NCBI GenBank assembly: GCA_902609885.1
Contig: CACLTT010000004.1
Location: 75,556-139,555 of the forward strand
DNA length: 64,000 bases
DNA from: an uncultured Candidatus Hydrogenedens sp.
GTDB taxonomy: Bacteria; Desulfobacterota_D; UBA1144
Direction: 5' to 3'
Shown: positions 61,829 to 64,000 of the stretch, piece by piece
Layout: each line of letters begins with the position of its first letter
Numbering within the stretch: position 1 is the stretch's first letter
Translations under genes and position numbers: made by a program
The notes under the pieces: model-generated
The model's database searches: none
What the model saw: only the letters and a program-made list of their open reading frames with translations
Told to the model about the DNA's origin: nothing

Positions 61829-63472
61829 GTGGATATAAAGAAGCTAAGAATTGATTCCTTACCAAATGAGCCTGGTGTTTATATATTTAAAGGTAAAAAT
61901 GGTGAGAATTTATATGTAGGTAAAGCTAAAAATCTTAGAAATAGGGTCAAAAGCTACTTTTCTAAAAATAAAGATAAAAGAATGAATATAAATTTTCTAA
62001 TGCTTGAAGCTTTAACTATAGATTACATTACAACTCAAACAGAAGATGAAGCTTTAATGTTAGAAAATAAGACAATAAAACTCAGACAACCTAAATATAA
62101 TATTTTATTGAAAGATGACAAAACATATTCCTCCCTGAGACTAGAAATAAATGAAAAATATCCTAGAATTTCAATAGTTAGAAAATGTTCAGATAAAAAT
62201 TCATTATATTTAGGACCATTTAAATCATCAGAGAATCTCAAGAAAACAAAAAGATTTTTTCAAAAAATATTTGGTGTTCGTGACTGTACAAATAATAAAT
62301 TTATAAAACATCAAAAAAGAGCTTGTCTTTATAAAGATATTGGAATGTGTTTGGGACCATGTGACGATAAACAATTAGAAGCAATATATATTAAAAACTT
62401 TAGTTTATTAAAAGATATATTTACTGGTAGGGTTGGGTACTTTAAAAAAATTGTTGAAGAAAAAATGATAGAATTTGCAAAAAAAGAAATGTTTGAACAG
62501 GCATCCTTTTTACGCGATGAACTAGAGAGGCTTTCTACAAACAACTACTATGAATATAGAAATTCTGAATCGTTAAAGAATACTGATGTAATAGGCATAA
62601 TAACTAAAAACAACCAAATACAAATATCTATATTGTTTTTTAGAGGTGGATACATTATCGACAAAGCTGATCTATTTGCATTATCAAAGATGCAGAATAT
62701 CCAATATGAACAATATCAAATGCTAAAGCAATTTTACTCTTTAAAGTCCTCAGTACCGAAGAAAATTATTATTGATAATCAGTTTAAGTATTTTGATGAT
62801 TTAAAAATTGATCTGAAAAATTTAGAACTGTCTGATACTAAATTTGAAAAAATATCTAAAGGCAGAAAATTTAATCTAATAAAGCTTGCTAAAAAAAATG
62901 CAGAAGTTAGTCTTGAAAATAATATTCAAAACGAGAAGAGAATAGCTTATATTTTACAAAACCTAAAAGAGAATCTCAGTTTATCTTCACTCCCAAAGAG
63001 AATAGAATGTTTTGATATATCGAATACACAAGGTACCAATCCTGTCGCATCAATGGTTGTTTTTTCAAACTGCGAAGCCGATAAAAGTAAATATAGAAAA
63101 TTTAAAATTAATTGTAAGGGACCCAATGATTATGAGATGATGAAAGAAGCAATTCAAAGAAGGTTAAAAAGAATTGATCAAGAAGGTTGGGAAAAACCTG
63201 ATCTAATTCTGATAGACGGTGGAAAAGGTCATCTAAATAAAATCTCACCATTAGTTCCAAAAAATATAAATATTGCATCAATTGCAAAACCCTTAAAAAA
63301 AGAGAGTATTGATAAAATTTATATACCAAATAAGAAGGATTCAATCAAATTTGATAAGGATATTGAATCATTAAACATATTAATAAATCTTAGGAATGAA
63401 GCTCACAGGTTTGCTATAACTTTCCACAAATCTAGGAGATCAAAGGAAATGCTAAGTCAGCTTAAAACATAA
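61829..63472 (+). CDS. uvrC: excinuclease ABC subunit C (short form without the C-terminal HhH2)
   Basis: GTG start. GIY-YIG domain (EPGVYIFKGKNGENLYVGKAKNL). UvrBC-interaction region. RNase H-like endonuclease domain (NEAHRFAITFH). It ends about 60 aa short of a typical UvrC. Confidence 0.85.
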   Translation: MDIKKLRIDSLPNEPGVYIFKGKNGENLYVGKAKNLRNRVKSYFSKNKDKRMNINFLMLEALTIDYITTQTEDEALMLENKTIKLRQPKYNILLKDDKTYSSLRLEINEKYPRISIVRKCSDKNSLYLGPFKSSENLKKTKRFFQKIFGVRDCTNNKFIKHQKRACLYKDIGMCLGPCDDKQLEAIYIKNFSLLKDIFTGRVGYFKKIVEEKMIEFAKKEMFEQASFLRDELERLSTNNYYEYRNSESLKNTDVIGIITKNNQIQISILFFRGGYIIDKADLFALSKMQNIQYEQYQMLKQFYSLKSSVPKKIIIDNQFKYFDDLKIDLKNLELSDTKFEKISKGRKFNLIKLAKKNAEVSLENNIQNEKRIAYILQNLKENLSLSSLPKRIECFDISNTQGTNPVASMVVFSNCEADKSKYRKFKINCKGPNDYEMMKEAIQRRLKRIDQEGWEKPDLILIDGGKGHLNKISPLVPKNINIASIAKPLKKESIDKIYIPNKKDSIKFDKDIESLNILINLRNEAHRFAITFHKSRRSKEMLSQLKT

Positions 63473-64000
63473 TCTATAACAGCCATTGCAGCAAACAATT
63501 TATTTTCTGCTTGTTTGTATATAATAGATTTTTTGGAGTTAATAACTTCTTCTGTAACTTCTTCGTTAATGTGTGCAGGAAGGCAATGCATAAAAACTGA
63601 TTTTTTATTAGTATTACTCATTATCTTTGCATTAATTTGAAAATTTTTAAAATCTTTTAATCTTACTTTGTTTTCTTTTTCCATCCCCATGCTAGTCCAG
63701 ACATCAGTATAGATTACATCAGCTTTTGAAGATGCATGGATTAAATCATCGGTAATATCAATATTTGAATTATTTTTTAAAATTTTTTTTATACTTTTAT
63801 TATATTTATTAGGGCAGCAAAAGGTCATATTTAATTTTAAGCTCATTGCTGCATAAGCAAATGAGTTTGCAATATTATTTGAATCACCTACATAAACTAT
63901 TTTAATTTTATTTAATGGCTTTTTATTAAAATATTCCTTTATGGTGAATATGTCTGAGATAATTTGTGTAGGATGCTCAAAATCTGATAAAGCATTAACA
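63457..64000 (-). CDS. argF: ornithine carbamoyltransferase, C-terminal part (partial, runs off the window end)
   Basis: HCLPAH motif in the annotated ORF. The frame stays open to position 64000 and reads …EHPTQIISDIFT…KIVYVGDSNNIANS… (HPxQ and GDxNNV carbamoyltransferase motifs). Confidence 0.8.
   Translation of the reverse strand, partial: VNALSDFEHPTQIISDIFTIKEYFNKKPLNKIKIVYVGDSNNIANSFAYAAMSLKLNMTFCCPNKYNKSIKKILKNNSNIDITDDLIHASSKADVIYTDVWTSMGMEKENKVRLKDFKNFQINAKIMSNTNKKSVFMHCLPAHINEEVTEEVINSKKSIIYKQAENKLFAAMAVIDYVLS

Overview
This is a 64-kb window of an AT-rich (about 30% GC), very gene-dense bacterial chromosome. There are roughly 70 protein genes, most separated by 0-100 nt, and at least 15 adjacent gene pairs overlap. 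Three stand-alone tRNAs are present: Ala-GGC, Gly-GCC and Phe-GAA. Most of the content is conserved housekeeping. It includes rsmD-coaD, hom with an NtrB/NtrC-like two-component pair, rnc, proB, gyrA, gpsA, miaB-trmFO-glyQ-glyS-ppdK, rny-ygfA-zapA, prfA, dapF, hisA-hisF, trpF-trpB-trpA, uvrC and argF (partial). It also includes glnB-glnA behind a sigma-54 promoter, and methylmalonyl-CoA accessory genes (B12-binding subunit, MeaB, epimerase). RNase Y, TrmFO, a split GlyRS, futalosine-pathway genes mqnA and mqnD, a porin and sigma-54 control point to a Gram-negative lineage with a streamlined, marine-type genome. Genes expected to be highly expressed (porin, glnA, ppdK, the PhaB-like reductase, the first acyl-CoA ligase) are visibly richer in GC than their neighbours. 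I found no CRISPR array, insertion sequence, integrase or obvious prophage. The features that deserve a second look are these. (1) A MoxR/RavA-like AAA+ ATPase and a VWA-domain gene lie in overlapping open frames joined by a dnaX-type A AAA AAG slippery site, so a -1 frameshift fusion is possible. (2) Both gyrA and mqnD have conserved N-terminal coding sequence upstream of any ATG, GTG or TTG. Each has an in-frame ATT codon preceded by a Shine-Dalgarno sequence. (3) A bacterial Cdc48/VAT-like double-AAA unfoldase forms a small operon with a DUF1460-like exported protein and an acidic coiled-coil protein. (4) A low-GC three-gene module (XRE regulator, two-TM membrane protein, secreted protein) sits immediately 3' of tRNA-Phe. 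(5) Two diverged CaiC-like acyl-CoA synthetase genes lie in tandem. (6) A futalosine-pathway cluster is present. (7) Several regulatory elements are visible: a 16-bp direct repeat upstream of a luciferase-like oxidoreductase, hairpin terminators, and a sigma-54 promoter with a leader palindrome in front of glnB-glnA.
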